A DNA stretch of 61,773 nt, counting the filler, from Choristocarpus tenellus KU-1152 (taxonomy: Eukaryota; Protista; Phaeophyceae), in NCBI GenBank assembly GCA_964200185.2. It is 9 parts of 9 records of this genome, joined end to end, with 100 filler letters (N's around TTAATTAATTAA, not from the genome) between each part and the next. Parts side by side here need not be neighbours in the genome. Positions count along the whole stretch, not along the records: positions 1 to 14,435 come from CAXNAD020001194.1; 8 more parts are not named here. One strand, given 5' to 3'. This document shows positions 1 to 13,476 of this stretch, piece after piece. Under the pieces are notes generated by a model. It had not been told where the DNA came from and searched no databases. It saw only the letters and a program-made list of their open reading frames with translations. Numbering within the stretch: position 1 is the stretch's first letter; each line of letters opens with the position of its first letter. Both the position numbers and the translations under genes were made by a program.

Positions 1-1416
1 GGGGGAATTGAACGGGACAAAAACACCGCTTAACTTCGTCAGGACCGTGCGGAGCGTGACTTCCACTATATTAGTCTATAGCCTCGATGAAGCACTGTTT
101 GAAACTTGAACTCTGTTCACAGGAAATTTCCAGTCACAATAAAAAACATACATTCGAGAGTCCCTCCTGTAGTAGAAGACCCTGTTATTTTTTCACAACC
201 ATTTCACACAAAACATACACGAAAAGGGTGTGCATCCTCCTGTTTTTTGCAGCGTTCTGAATCTTAGATTCGATCGAGTCATTGCAAGTACATTTAAGAA
301 CGAAATTTGTTCCGAAACCGAAATTGAGGGGTGACTTTTGATTGGTTACTTTATTCAACCGAACGCACACTATACATAATACATACCCGCGGAGCTCATC
401 AACTCACGAGCAAACATCAACTGGTCCATTTCACTAAGGTATTTACTACAATTGAGCACACATAAAAAAAATAAATCCAGCCACTTCAACTCCTACGCAT
501 ATATATATATACACATGCTCTCACTTCCCAAAACAAGATTTTTCACAGGAATAACGTAACGCCTCCATCGGATTTCTTTCGCCTACTACCAATACCAGAG
601 TTCTATGACTCGTGATTCCTTCAAAAGAGACTGCACCAAAACCTATCAAAGAAACGCCTCCTCGAATGATAATTAATTCATTTTGTCGGGGAGACTGTAC
701 AACCCCTTCAGCTGTTTTCCTTTTTTGTTTTCCTGTTGAAAAATTAGGGTTAGGGTTAGGTTCAGGGCCTGGGAGATTTACACAGCAGTCTCATACAAAG
801 TGGTAGAGTTATCACACCATGCAAATGGGTTGGGGTTAGGGTTAGGGTTTAGGATGCGGTCGATTGAACTCATCACAGAGGTCTCCTCTCATTATCGCCA
901 CTACAATAATCTCCACTCTAGTCTCCTCAACAACCCTCTGCTAGTAAACTTCAGGAGGAAGGTAGAGGACGTCTGGATACCCGTCCAAGAATTTCCACAG
1001 CTCTAATAGAGATTTCACCAAACACTTCACAAAAAAAAAAAAATCAACTCGACAAAAAAATATATATATATATTTATTTATTTTTCTGTTTTGTGGCCGT
1101 TCGATTGCTGAAATTCACAGACTGCAAAAAAAACGAAAAATAATACATAAATAAATAAATAAGAACAAACAAACAAACAAACAATAACCCCAAAAACTTA
1201 TCTCTCATAACAAAAAATAATGTACCCAACACACAACCCTTCACACAACTCGTTCGAACCTTAACCCTAACACACAAACCTTCACACAGCTCCAACACGG
1301 CAAAAACAAGTCGCCATCAAAACAGCTCCATGAACCTCATCACGCACCACAACTAACTTCCAAGCCCAATAATACCATTGCAAACTAGGCCTACTAGCCC
1401 CCTCCCTCCTCCTTAC

Positions 1417-4400
1417 CTCCGCGCCTGAGCCGCCTCCTCCAACGCCGCTGTGGCTCCCTCAGCAGCAGACCCCCCGAGCCCCAGGCCAGCCCCTATCCCG
1501 CCCACACATCCACCAGAAAGCCCAGCCATCTTCGCCTGCATCAACTGGACCTGTAGAGACCGCACCTCTTTCCGCAGCACCATCACCTAGAGGCGTGTTT
1601 GTACCAACGATATACCCCACCAAAAAATGTTACATTCCAAAACGATACGTTCCACACCTATCCAGTCCGGAATGAACCTAACGTAACGCATGCTACTTCC
1701 CATAGTACTCATGTCCGGATCGTTGGGAAACGGGACGTTAGCGTCCGTGACACGAATCAAATTAAAAATAAAAATAAATAAAAAAAGAAGAAAAAGAAGA
1801 AAAGGTACTAATCCTGCCCTTCTCCAGCGTTGTGTTGGCAATCCGAGACGAACAGATGTTAGGGACGACAAGCATCCCCCATGTCAAGCAAGTTGAGAGA
1901 TGCACAAACCACGCACAAGTCTACACACGACACTCGAAGCCGCGAAACCCACCTCTGCATAGCTGACGGGGGCATTGGCGGGACCCTCATTCTTCTCCGC
2001 CGTGTTCCTGATTCTCATGGCCCTCCCCGCATACCGCATCGTGTTGACGCTCTCCGCCAAGTTGCTTTTTTTGTTTTATATATTCCAACAAGTAAAAACA
2101 AAACACCACCGGGGGAGAGCGAGCGAATAGACCAATATAAAAAAAATGAAACAAAACAAAACAAAACAAAACAAAACAAAAAACGAGAGACTTGTCAGGC
2201 AGGAGCAATATAAAAAAAAACAATCTATGCACTGAACATCTACGACCGATCGCATGGAAACTTCGCCGCCACATCCTCTAATCCTCTCAGTCCACCTCTT
2301 TGTTCTCCTCCACAGTTAACACCCTACCACCTCCTAGTATCTAATATCCCACACCCAATCACAGCTTCACGTCTTCACCCCACCCAATCAAACACCCCCT
2401 CCTGCATCACCAACCCTTTTCACGACACAACTACCACACCTGTCTGCCGGACTGATACATGCGATCATCACGGTATTTGAGTTGCCTCCAAGGCTGCTCT
2501 GTAGCAGGCGTGTCAGCTTGGAGTCGCGGTATGGAATAAAGGCTTCCCCCTTCCCTGCCACCCCCCCACCCACCCCGCCAGCCCCCCCCCCCTTGCCCTC
2601 AGAGGACGAGAGAGCCGAGATTACATTTCCCAACGCAAAGAGCCCCTTGTTTATGTTGATGCCTTCACGCAAACGCTTGCCCTGTTCAAAAATGAAATAA
2701 ACATAGTTGCACGGAAAAACAGTTCCAAACCAGGAAGGCGGTTGGGCAGGAAGAGGAGTGAATGCTGAAGCTACATCGTTGGATTGAGTTTGCCTTGCTT
2801 GACATTTCATTCGGAGATCAACTGCAAATACTACTGCAGAGTCTATAGGAAGCACAGAAGGAGACATTGCCCTAACCTTATCCTCAACATCTTTTGCCTG
2901 CCCCCCCCGACGAATCATCCACACCAAAGTCTTCTCCCCTTCAGAGTCCTGTCTCAGGTCACAACAACAGCCAGCACACACAGGGAAATTCCTCATCCCT
3001 TAGCTTTCCTTTCTCACTTCCTCTGCCTCCCCCCCCCCCCCCCTCTTCTTCCTCCCTACAACCAAACACTCTTCCCTCAACACACACACACACACATATA
3101 CACGCACACATATCTACCCAACACAAACCTCAGCTCCTGTCCTTTTTGCCCGTTCAGAACCTGCAAGATCCACCAAGTGGAACTTGGATGTCGTCACTGA
3201 CTCTGGGGCATCCTCCCCTCCCCCACAATTGCTCTCACCCTCGCTCGCCCCCTCTACCCCACCCCACTCTTCATCTGTGGCTTTGGCCCCAGGCACCACG
3301 GATCCAGGCCGTACCACCTCAAAATTCAAGGTGCAAATGGCATGTGAGCGACTGCTGTGGGCGTTCATGTTGGTGCTGGCGGTTGACCTGCACAGGGCTC
3401 CCTGCTCCAGCAGGCGTTCTAGTTGCTCTGCACCCTCGATCTGAACTCGCCAGCAAAAAAAAAAAAAGGAATAAAAAAAAAAGGAATAAAAAAAAAAAGG
3501 AAGCAAAGTAACTGCGTCACTTTGTTGATACAAGATGATGTCGCAGTCAATGAGGAGCGTGGGTAGACTCTGCACAAATTTTTACACACAAGGCGGGGGT
3601 TTTTCCGTCCTTAGGTAGGTCAACAGGTAGAAATTATCGCACGCATCCGCGTACGCGAGTCATGGTCATCGGATATTGTCAGCGGTGAGTGTGTGTGAGT
3701 GGCTTTGACTGAGGAGGAGAGCTAGCAAGAAGTAGCAAGAACCTACTAAACAATGGGGGTTGGTTAGAGAATTGGAAGGGGTCGCATTTTAATGGGTGGG
3801 CTGGTTAGAAAGTGGTTGGGAAAGAAGAAGCATGGGTGTTATTCTACCTTAAATACATATCCTCTTAAATTAAAGGTTATAACCCAACAATCATCACATA
3901 TAGAGACAATTAGAGGTAAATATGCACAGGAAGAACAGGAGATTTAGAGCTAGAGCTAGAGTAGTCTTGTCTGGAGGCAAGAGGTCAAAAAATGCAGCAC
4001 CTGTTGCAGATTATTTGCAGAACGAGACATGTTAGTTGTTGAAAAATATTTCATAAGTGGAAACTTTGCTGAAGCTCAACAACTGGGGCTAGGAAAAATA
4101 CTGCTCATTCCTCCCTGGACAGAGAATAAAAAATGACCTAGCTATGTTCCCCATATTAAGCAAATCAATTCAACCTTGTGACATGCTTCCTAAAAAAGTT
4201 TACACTTCTTCACCAAGGGGAGAAAGTGTGGTTATTTTGAAAGAAAGATGGGCAACTGGAACTATTGTGCGGACTTGAACATTGTAGCATAATTTTTTTT
4301 TCGTAAGTGTCGTCTGCAACAGCCTACTTCTGAGCATTAAAACTTACCAAACACAGCACTCAGTTCAAAATTCTAGATCAGTACCACAAGAGCTCAACCA

Positions 4401-5831
4401 CAAAGAGTAACTGGGGGGGGAGGTTAGGTACAAGGTCAAATCATCAGTGTTCATCTCTCTTAAATTTCACCTGGTGCTGACTTAGACCTGCTACAACCAC
4501 CTCCCCAGACAAGTTTTCGCGCAAGGCAAGACCATGCTGGTCTCCACTCGCCCCCGCCCCACCGGCTACACCCCCTCCCCCTCCAGCACCACCGAGAAGG
4601 TCATTGATCTCTTCATTGTGCACTTCCAAGAAAGATACAGACACAGTGGCCTTAACCCCCTTGGACTGCAACTCAGCCACACGAGCAAAGATATCAGTTA
4701 CCGCCCGAGGAATAATTCCAGCATCCTCTGGTCGACCATTGACCTAGGTGGGAGTGAAGTAAGGAAAGGGTGGGCGTGGTTGGGAGGTCAGGGGAAGCGG
4801 GAATGGTTTCAAACAATCGCGAGGAGTTATCCACCGCAACATTACACAAGAGGAAGACAATTACAAATCTCGTTCTGTTGATGGCAAACCAGGGAGAGAG
4901 AGACATTGACAGCAAATGATAATGGAGAACTCACAAAGTTGAGAATAGAGCTCGATATATACGTCATGGTGTCCAAAGTGAAAGAAACAGTAGGATGGGT
5001 GGGGATATGTCTCAAGCAAACTTCATATGACCAACTGGGTTGGAGAGGGCGCCAAATAACAGGGGAAGAGCAAGCGTGTACAAGAAGATACTCACTGAAT
5101 AGGCGTTCCCAACAGTCCATGTCTTGCCGGATCCAGTCTGCCCGTAAGCGAACACGGTGGCATTATAGCCATCTAAACACCTCTCCACAAGCGGCAACGT
5201 GGTCTTCCGATACACCTCTTCCTGTGTCGATTCCGAGTCGAAGACATGATCGAAACGGAAGCAGTTGTCTCCTGCCACGACCTTAGAAGGAGCATTAGCA
5301 TTAAAAGAGATTCTAGTCAGATAGTCTGCCACTCAACAAGAGGATGTGACGGATTTTCAGTCTCTTGCTTGGTAGACCTTTACAGAGACAGGCATTGCAA
5401 TGTTTCGAACGTGCCCACAGAGGAGTGGCCTATTGAATCGTCTATTGCATGTACCCGTCTAAGGTTGGTAGTTCCCATACACCTGGTCACAGTAATCCCG
5501 CGCCTTATCTATTCCTTTCCATCCCAAATCATGAGCACTGGACGTGTGCCATGGAAAGAATGCAACAACATGCACAGGATCAAGAGAGGTTAGTGCAAAT
5601 ACCATCCTGAAGCAAGTCACAAAATGGCAACATAAAAAGGATCGATAATTAACTCAACGATGCAAACGAGAGGCAGACACAACTCACCTGATTATTTTCT
5701 TCATCGCCGTGCAGGCACACCTGGCATCCAGCCGCAGCCTCCATCCCAACGAGGGGTCGTATCCTAACAGCAACTTTGACTGCTGTGGAGATAGGACCCC
5801 CTAAGGAGCCCTCACACCCCGCGCTAGCCAT
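1417..5831 (-). CDS. KIF4: Kinesin-4 family (KIF4/KIF21/KIF27-like) motor protein, 5' part; gene continues beyond window start
   Basis: Phase-consistent GT-AG exons 5831-5688, 5281-5096, 4743-4471, 3440-3129, 2681-2440, 2064-1953, 1586-1417. Motifs: [17 protein letters not shown]-loop GQTGSGKT, switch I NAHSSRSH, switch [44 protein letters not shown], then a coiled-coil start. [34 protein letters not shown] is typical of kinesin-4; exact orthologue not determinable. Confidence 0.93.
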
Positions 5832-8407
5832 ATTTCCAAGCAAAAACTTAGGCCCCTTCTCAGCTCCAGCACTTTTTGGGTTTAAAACCCTATTACATAG
5901 CCACGCAGCGGAAGACACCAAAGTTTGTACCTGGCTTGTTAGTGTTGAGGTACAGGTTATGGGGAATAATTCTTAACGGTTTGTAGGTGTGCGCGCTACA
6001 CACGCGCTTTCAAACTCACACACTATTGTTAATATAATAATACTAGTAGTTGGTCTTTTATCCCTAATCTTAGGTCCTAGGTCATCTCCTCTCTCTTCTC
6101 ACACAAAAAGATAGCAAAACAGAGAGCAGAGAACAGAACACAGAAGGCTTGTTCTTCCACCATTGTTGCTCTCTTTCTTCACCGTATGAAACTAGAATTG
6201 TGATGATGTGTTGGTACATGTGACAGCAACTGCTGTCAATAGACCTGAGTGACAAGGGTGGTGGCACCTGAACATGATGATACGATGGTATAGTAGGCTG
6301 GTGGTGAATCGCGACAGCTGGACACTGGGCTGTAATAGAGGACACCTCGTACAGTGTGCAGCATTATTACTTGTTGCGTGTATATGAGATATGTAAATTT
6401 ATGTGTGTGTGCGCGCGCTCATACCATAGATACGCTGCCCGTCACGGACACATCGATAAATGTGCGTCAATTTCAAAAGGCTGTGATAACAGTGTGTCTG
6501 CTGGTGTCTGTACAAAAAAATGTTACGTGCGCTAATCAAATGGTATGTGGCCACATATTTGTGTGTTTTACGTATAAGTGCTTCATCATTGTGTGTAGTA
6601 GATGACGTTTGTAATTGGCGTGTGGGTGAAAAAAAAATGAGGTGTCTGCTGGTGTCCGTGGATGCTGGCGTTGTCCTCTGACTCCATTACTTGACATGAT
6701 CAGCCACAGAGATATACCTCTCTGTCTGTGCCACAACACATGAATGGGATCTCAACAGAGATTTCGTCTCCTTTTGGAAGCAGACACACTACCTTTCAAA
6801 GACCAGGTGGATTTGGCACAAATGTCATTTGAAGAGAGCAAAAAAGCTCTCGTCCTCGGATCAGGAACAACTAGTGCAGTTCCCCTCATCATAGAACGGA
6901 GAAGCAAGAGCACAAGCTCCCCATAACTCCAGTACGTGGACGCATGAGATGTTTCACACACTGTGGGTCCAGAAGTAGGAAAAGCACCTTATCCGAACAG
7001 ATAGGACCACCAGCACTGCAAGGGCGTTACTAGTCGGGAGCTTCTGCGCGTTACTGAGAAAGGCTTTCGTCTTGTGGGAGAAAATGGGGGATTGTGTATT
7101 CCAATTGACTCTTCCTTACCTTCTACTCAGTTTAATACAAGGGTAATAGCATGTCACAAAGGTTTGCAAAGGTCAAATATATCATTATAGTAAATCTCGA
7201 ATTCTACCCACCAACCCAACGCAAAATTGTTTGGACTCATGCCTACCCTTGAAGTTACAAACACCACTATGTATATATGCACCTCTCTATCTACCCTCTC
7301 TGTTCCGTCCAGAATTCCATCATTCTGGCTTGATCATCTTTTTCCACCTTCACAAACACACTAGCACGCCATGACTTGCTTTGCTGAGAAGATATCACGT
7401 TCTCAACTAGCCATAGTGGTTCATTGTATGTCCTGTACCAAAAAAAATAAACCCAACCCGCCTCAACATGTAAGGCACAAGCTTCATATTACCAATCAAA
7501 ATACAATAAAATAGTGAAACACACGAGTGTTCCTTGGCACGTCTACTTTACTAGGCACTTGCACATATTTTGAGGCATGTTACTTCAAAAGTATGATACA
7601 AAAAAACCCGATATCCTGTGCAGACAAAAAAAACAATACTTCAAAGCACACATTCTAAAAAGTAGAGATACTGAATATTTTCAAAGCACAACGAGATCAA
7701 TAATTGAAACTAGAGAGAGGAAGCACATTCTGCTCTTGGAGAGATGATACACACGTATACCATGTGTTGGTCATCGCAGCAGTGGCCAAAAAAAGTTGCT
7801 GAACTTGTAAGCGTCTAAAGAGACAGGACCAAGAGCACCTTAGATCCCCAAAATATGCATGAATGAACATGTGACCAAGTTCATCAGCAAAAAACAACCC
7901 ATGCATCTAATATCCTAGTGGAAGAACATACCGATCAGGAAATGAGTCCTCTGGGGTAAAAGGCTTCATCCTTCTTTTGGAAAGATACCTTTGCACTCTG
8001 CACATGAAGTTTGGATCATGTACTACCACAGAGTAGGAGCGTATCGGTCTACGTCTATAGTTATAATTAAATACACTGGAGTAGAACAGGTCAGAGGTTG
8101 CAGGTATTGGCACCAGATTGCCCAAGGCAGAGTCGATCACCGGGGAATCTACTGTCTTACATGGGTGGCAATGCATGCACTTGTGCTCATTGCCTCAGAA
8201 TGCTCTCCAACGAAGTCCCATGATCACAAACAACCAAAAGTATCTCAGACCAATTACACTCTCGAAAAATTCTAAAAAATAACATCGCACAAGAGCAGCA
8301 ATTGCGGCGTCTCAATACATACAGCCACACAAGAACCCCCCCACCACAAACTAGACCTCAGCGCAGTGCAGCACAGACGCCTCCGTGGGGTGGTACGATG
8401 GCATCTT

Positions 8408-11230
8408 TTAATAGGGGTTGTGCGTCCACGGCAAGGTAGCTAAGTCCTCGACTTCCTTCAGAGAGCCGGTGTGATCACGAAATCGTCTGTCGCCATCCTC
8501 AGCGATTCGGAAAAGCTCATCCGGGATACCCAACGCCGCCTTCACTCTCCTGGAACAGGCACAGCACACGAGGCCATCACAAGGAGTGAAGCATCATCAA
8601 AAAGCATGGCAGATTGGTCAGCGGGAGAGTGCTCACCTCTGTGGATACAGAGAGGTAACATGGATGGTGTAGTTTGCAAACCTTGACCTGTGAGCGGTTG
8701 ACACCATACGGTAAAACATCGTATCGCGAAAAGAACACATTTCTTCAAGACAGGAGTCGCCAATCTTGACTAATCTTCTGCCGGCACATACCAAACCCTC
8801 CGTGTCTCTAACGTTCAGGTGAACAAGCCCGGGGTCAGAGAGAGAGAGAGAGAGAGAGTCCGCTTAGAATTGTTTCCTGTCGTTGTTGCAATCTCTATCT
8901 ACCCCTTGCAAAAACTTTCTCATTGCCCTTCAGTCCATGGAATGCCATGATACAAACGCGATTTGATAGGACTAAAGGGTTCGATAGAAGAGTACAAGAG
9001 AGATTGAACAACCAGAACTGTCCTGGAGGCTATTCAGAAATCAATATTCAATGTAGTGGAATACTACCTGCATTGCAATCCCCGTCCCACTTACCACAGG
9101 CTGTACAGCAGTCAACCCAGATCATGTACATGGGACATAGAAATCCCTGCTCTTATTCACCCCCTCCATATCAACCCTGCCCCTCATCTAACATATCGCT
9201 GCTACCAAATCAACGTTGTGCCCCCTATCTACCAAGGCTCACCAGGTCTCATCTTCATCAGTGAAAGGGTCATCTCTTCCATGCACTATGCCTAGCCAGG
9301 GACATGCCTTACGGATGAGTGTCCACACATATGCCCTCCCATGTCTCTCGCCTGCATGATATAACTCGCCCCCTGGACAGACTAGCAACGCTCCCCAAAC
9401 CTTTCCGGTTCCGACAAGCCAGCAAACAATACAGATAGGAATGAGGAGGCTGGGCGTGTGGGAGGTGGGGGGGCGATGGTTAACAATGGAAGAGTTCCAA
9501 GATATTTCTGTGTTTTAATCAGGCCGTAGTGCAAGTCATTGACGAAATACAGACAGTAGTAAGTGCGATGTCATTACCTCAGTCTGTGAACATGTCAAGA
9601 GTTCCATGATGAGACCCATGGATAGCAATATCAGCATCATTCCTGCAAATGTCTACGAAAAAAATTTAATAAGATTCAAGGCAAGCAACCCTTCCTTGTT
9701 CAACGTCTAACCTTGTGCCTCTCCAGGTAACGCAATACAGCATCAGCTGAGGTACCATGCGCCACAACCAGTGTTTCTGGGTCAAGCTTCAGGTCCTTAG
9801 ACATGTAATGGAGCCAGAAAGACTCGTATCTTTTTTGTCACAAAGGGGAAGAGTTGAAAGGTGGGGAAGGGGTACTGATCCACCCGTGTTACCTATACTA
9901 GCTGGTATTTTAGGAAGAACTTATGTGAGGTGACAGAGACATTCATTTTCACATGAAAATTAGGAGAGAGTAGGAGGGTAGTTGATTATAGACAAAAGAG
10001 TGCTCATAATCAAAAGGAAAAAAGGAGTGGGGAGGCTATGTACTGTGATTTAGCAGGTACCCATTTTGTTGGACGACATAAGAGATAGAGACCTGTTGCA
10101 GTTCCTAGAGAAAGATGTGCCACTGTATCAGTTTTGGGACTGTGCAGGTAACCTATGGGAAATGCTGCCAGGTGGAAACTTACAGCAGCTCGAGAAACAC
10201 AGCCAGAAAAGTTTATTCCGAGACGAGGTGAGAAGACCTCCAATCCGCTTAATATATCATCCGTACCGTTTGTTGTTGAAGCTATATGGATCTGGCATCT
10301 CCTCAATTGTCACAAGCATTTGTGCGCCACTGTTCTCAGGAGGGGCACTCTCCAGAAGCCGGTGCTACCTCGGATTGAATGCGAATGAGAGGCGTGGTGG
10401 TGGGTGCGGTGGAGACAGCAATCGGTCCACCAGGAGGCAATTATGTTGCAACCATAGGAAGTAACACCGTACTCTTTTCAACATTGCTAAATATTTGGAG
10501 TATATGGGAGTACACTCTTCTTACTATAACCTGAAGCACCTCCATGTGACCCCAAGCTGTACGTTGAAGTGGTCATGTACAAGCGGAAAAATATAAGTTG
10601 TAAATGTGATTCTTGAAATGATATGGGTGACAGGAAGCTGAGGTTAGTGTCTCGGTATGCCAGCAATGGTTCAAAGAAGCAATTGTCAACACATATCCGT
10701 CAGGGTAAGCGCAATCGGAACAAGAAATAGATCGTCTTCACAACCCAACTTTCAATCCCAGTCGATGACAACACGAACATTATGTAAAACAGTGTCTCAA
10801 AAACATTCTGTCAAATTTGGCAAGGACAGCTTCTCTTCTAGAAATCCTAATGCAGGACAAAGTAGGTAAGCTCCTCGTGATAGAGGTATCATTTATCTCA
10901 TATGATTTGAGAGCGTATGACTTCAATCACCTTGAGGTGGTGATGCCAAAGCGCTGGGCTGGAACAATCGGCACGGTGATCTGGAAGGATGACGACACGT
11001 CTTGGTACTAATGCACGCCCCTGGAAATCTCCCTCTTCCTCCTTCTCCCCCTTCAAGACACGCTTAGGACCACTTCGTGTTGACCATGCAACTCTCCCAC
11101 TAGAAGGACTTGCGATGGGCAATGGTGGTCGCAGTGATCTCGAGAGAGTCCATGTGGATGTAAAGCCAACTACGGAGCTTTTTACGATTAATGAGCCAAG
11201 TATGGTGCAAACTAGCCAAGGAGAAGTCAT
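8408..11230 (-). CDS. RBBP9/YdeN-family alpha/beta-hydrolase-fold protein with plastid-targeting presequence, ~271 aa, catalytic residues apparently substituted
   Basis: Exons 11230-10931, 10364-10267, 9829-9712, 9400-9243, 8549-8408, all GT-AG and phase-consistent, ending in TAA. Translation follows the RBBP9 pattern: RRVVILPD..W...LK / MPDP..RYESFWLHYM..L.LDPETLVVAHGTSADAVLRYLERHKVWGALLV..YVWTLIRKACPWLGIVHGRDDPF. N-terminus MTSPWLVCTILGSLIVKSSVVG-FTS resembles a signal peptide followed by a Phe-initiated transit peptide. Confidence 0.8.
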
Positions 11231-11561
11231 CCTCAGATCATTCAAATGTTCAAATATGTTGCAACAAGACGAACTTGGTACCGTCCTGATTCGCATGTAA
11301 GGAAGTAGTATTGGTATTGTTATCTTGACATTAAATACATATTCGTCATACGCCATTTCTAATATTCAGTTCTTGTTCCATCCAAAACAAAATCAATATG
11401 AAGGGTGGGTCACGTATATCTGTATTCCAAATCCCGTATTACATATTGTACGGTAGACCGTTACAGTTCTTTTTCAAACCAAGTCAACATGTGTCAGTGT
11501 GCCTCATGCCTTACACCTCTGTACAATTACCTCACTGCATTTGATATGATAGTAGATAACC
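11231..11561. promoter_or_regulatory. Putative bidirectional promoter / 5' UTR region between two divergent plastid-protein genes
   Basis: Only 331 bp separate the divergent ATGs at 11230 (-) and 11562 (+). Positional inference only. Confidence 0.45.
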
Positions 11562-13476
11562 ATGCGACTGCCTTCACTCCCTCTCGGTTACCTGGTGGCT
11601 TGTCTTCCCACAATAGAGGCCTTCAGTATCAAAGCACTTTCCGCCTCACATCTTGGGAACTTATGGAGGGAGGAACAATGTGAGACTGCTTCAAACAATT
11701 TAGTACAAACATCAGCACAACGACGCCAGTCACTCACTGGATTGCAAGCAGGAAGGAAAGGTGAGTCATGGATGGATGGAAGTGCTGAGACTATGGATCG
11801 ATTATCGTTTCTAAGTCGATTAGCAGCCGGCTTCGCAGGGGCATCAGGGTTGGTATGCTCAACCCCTGATCGCGCTTGGTCTGTGGGCAACCAGCCTGGG
11901 GAAAGGACTACACCCCCACCAACCGCAACCCTTCTTGTCCCTTCCATTCAAGCTAAGGTAAGAACAATAGGCAAATGCTACGGTTACGATGATGGAAGTG
12001 AGATGACTTCTGAGGTTCTTGATAGTGACCATGGCCTCACCATATGGAATACAAGGCCTGACGGTACAACTCTCTCGGTCAAGTTTATATATGTCGATGA
12101 AGCACGGGCTTCCCAGTGAAATGATAGGGATGTGACGATCATTGAAGAACTGGTGGTAAACCGCCCGTGGCATGTGGTGTCACCTACTTTGAACCTTCAA
12201 TTTCGTACTCAACCATACGGTGCTTGCCGTCATCGCAGCTAGAATATTGTCTATAGCAGGTTACTGGGTGCAGATCATTGCAATGATCTATACAAGTGTT
12301 GCAAAGGAGTTAATGTGGCCGCGATAACCATTCCAATTATCCACTATTATTGTATGATATGGTTGGTTCGTAGATATCGACTATGCTCGCCTTCTAGACT
12401 GGTGGTCGGTTTTCTGCAAATGCACACACAGCATTCGATTATTGTCACGGAACTCCACTTACACACACCTATCTCCTCAACTCCTGTAAGAGCACACATG
12501 ATCTCTCTGTCAAACATCCCAACTCATGTCCCGATTTCTTGGGTCCCTGGGGTATATCATACATAGTTAATATATTCACTACAGAGTGACATACGCTACA
12601 AATGAGTACGCCACCCTCCTTCTTGCAGCAAGTCTCCATTTGTTGTACCGCGTTTGACAGTTGATACTTGCGTATATAGCTAAATATTCGATGCAATACT
12701 CGTTTCTGTTTTGTTGCTGAGATACAGTCTCTGACTGGTGATCGAAGATGTCCAGTATTTGAACAGTTTGCCTGATTCTTCAACCAGTACTTCGTATAAT
12801 CGAAGCATTGCCTTTCAAGTACAACTTGCGGCAGTTCTATCACCTGAGGGGCAGTCTGGAAAACAAACGTGGGGTTTTTCAATGTTTGAAGTCTTCCATG
12901 TTGGTTTTTGATGCCTTATTTCACCTACCATTTCCACTTCCCTCACTGAACATTTTTTTGGATGCAATGCACTAGAAATGACCGATAGACATTGGCCAAG
13001 AGTGCCTTCATGTTGGAGAGACAATTTAGGGTAAGCAGGTTTTCGAATAGGCTGCCTGTTTTACAGTATAACCTAGACCCTAGGCAGGCTCTTTCATTGT
13101 TTGTGCGGTGCAAATTTCAAGAAATAGGAGGTTGAGTGAGTTTTTGAAATTTTCCCAGCATGCTCTCTTTTTTTGGTATGTTTATCCTCAGACACACTCA
13201 ATTCAAATCAAATGCATGGACCAAAGCACATCTTTCTCATGCAGGGATGGTTCACACACAAACACTTCTCTATGAAAATTGTTGCAGATTGCAGTGGAGA
13301 GGATGTGCGTTCTTCTGGAAGACCCCCGACGATGGAAAGAGGCCAAAGACCAGCTTCAGCTCCCACCACTGTCAGCATCGTACTTCAAGGCATCCTTCCG
13401 CACATATAGTGATGCTGATGAGGAGCAGCACTTGGTGTTAGATCTCTACCGGATACAAGCGCAGGATAGCCTTAAG
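11562..13476 (+). CDS. Putative plastid (thylakoid-lumen) protein of unknown function, 3'-partial
   Basis: Exon 1 11562-11957 (AAG|gtaag): signal peptide MRLPSLPLGYLVACLPTIEA-F, transit region, then DRLSFLSRLAAGFAGASGLVCSTPDRAWS resembling a lumen-transfer signal. Exon 2 13288-13476 (ttgcag|ATT..AAG|gcaag, probable GC donor), in frame and helical-looking (IAVERMCVLLEDPRRWKEAKDQLQLPPL...). Confidence 0.65.

Noticed and set aside
1-90. tRNA/SINE-like A and B boxes on the minus strand (TAGTGG ... GTTCAATTCCC)
   Set aside because: No convincing cloverleaf, and it is truncated by the window edge.
2784-3511. Pro-rich plus-strand ORFs (138 and 205 aa)
   Set aside because: Antisense shadows of GC-rich kinesin exons and introns.
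6700-8280. Short ORFs between the kinesin and pseudo-hydrolase genes
   Set aside because: No motifs or consistent splice chain; probably 3' UTR or intergenic.
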